64,000 nt of DNA from an uncultured Methanosarcinaceae archaeon. GTDB taxonomy: Archaea > Halobacteriota > Methanosarcinia > Methanosarcinales > Methanosarcinaceae. Location: positions 512,001 to 576,000 of the forward strand of contig CAWJYV010000008.1 of NCBI GenBank assembly GCA_963847185.1, given 5' to 3'. Made by a program: the position numbers and the translations under genes. Of this stretch, positions 63,694 to 64,000 are shown piece by piece. Each line of letters opens with the position of its first letter. Positions within the stretch are counted from its first letter, which is position 1. The notes beneath the pieces are model-generated. The model searched no databases and was not told the origin of the DNA. It saw nothing but the letters and a program-made list of their open reading frames with translations.

Positions 63694-64000
63694 ATGACCT
63701 TACTGATGGACGAAATTACTTTTTCTAATATGGGCTCAAGGACGAATTTTGATAAGCGGTGGGCTTTTGAAGTGGCTTATTTTACCAAGAATATTGGGGC
63801 AATTCTCAGAGACCTGGGTGATTTTCTGAACTCCAGGGATTATGTTGAAGTCCGTCTTCTTGCAGCACGGATGAAACAAAAGGCAGAATACGAAAAAACT
63901 ATTCAACCGGATTTTAGCACAGCAAATTATTTTGCAAAAGCTCGGAAGCTATTCAACAGTTTTCTTGATGAGTGCGTAAATTTTGCCGAGCTTATAAGAG
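63694..64000 (+). CDS. Hypothetical protein, truncated by window end
   Basis: Open frame MTLLMDEITFSNMGSRTNFDKRWAFE... running to the window edge. Confidence 0.6.
   Translation, partial: MTLLMDEITFSNMGSRTNFDKRWAFEVAYFTKNIGAILRDLGDFLNSRDYVEVRLLAARMKQKAEYEKTIQPDFSTANYFAKARKLFNSFLDECVNFAELIR

Overview
Chromosomal window from a methanogenic archaeon, almost certainly Methanosarcina: it carries a complete A1Ao ATP synthase operon ahaHIKECFABDG, nifH-I1-I2-D-K-E-N plus modBC, glnK-amtB, Ech hydrogenase echABCDEF, hypF, two tRNAs, PKD surface proteins and Methanosarcina-type dispersed repeats. The most unusual part is the first ~5.7 kb. A divergent putative regulator sits next to a cyanobactin PatA-type protease (S8 domain plus PatA/PatG C-terminal domain, split by a 1-nt frameshift). 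Then come a tandem array of at least five Cys-rich small precursor-peptide genes (three open, two decayed) sharing a cyanobactin-like leader (MRxPxQAKPVxR...G[IV]CQS) and a CX3C-X10/11-CX3C core, and a frameshifted metacaspase. This looks like an archaeal cyanobactin-related RiPP/peptide system without a heterocyclase or macrocyclase in the window, partly decayed or affected by consensus errors. Other items: ccmD/ccmE relic, amtB2 and ynfA pseudogenes, an IS1 remnant, several MITE-like elements, a duplicated NrpR-type promoter upstream of nifH, and an SBP-Cache lipoprotein. All calls come from reading the sequence; no database search was run.
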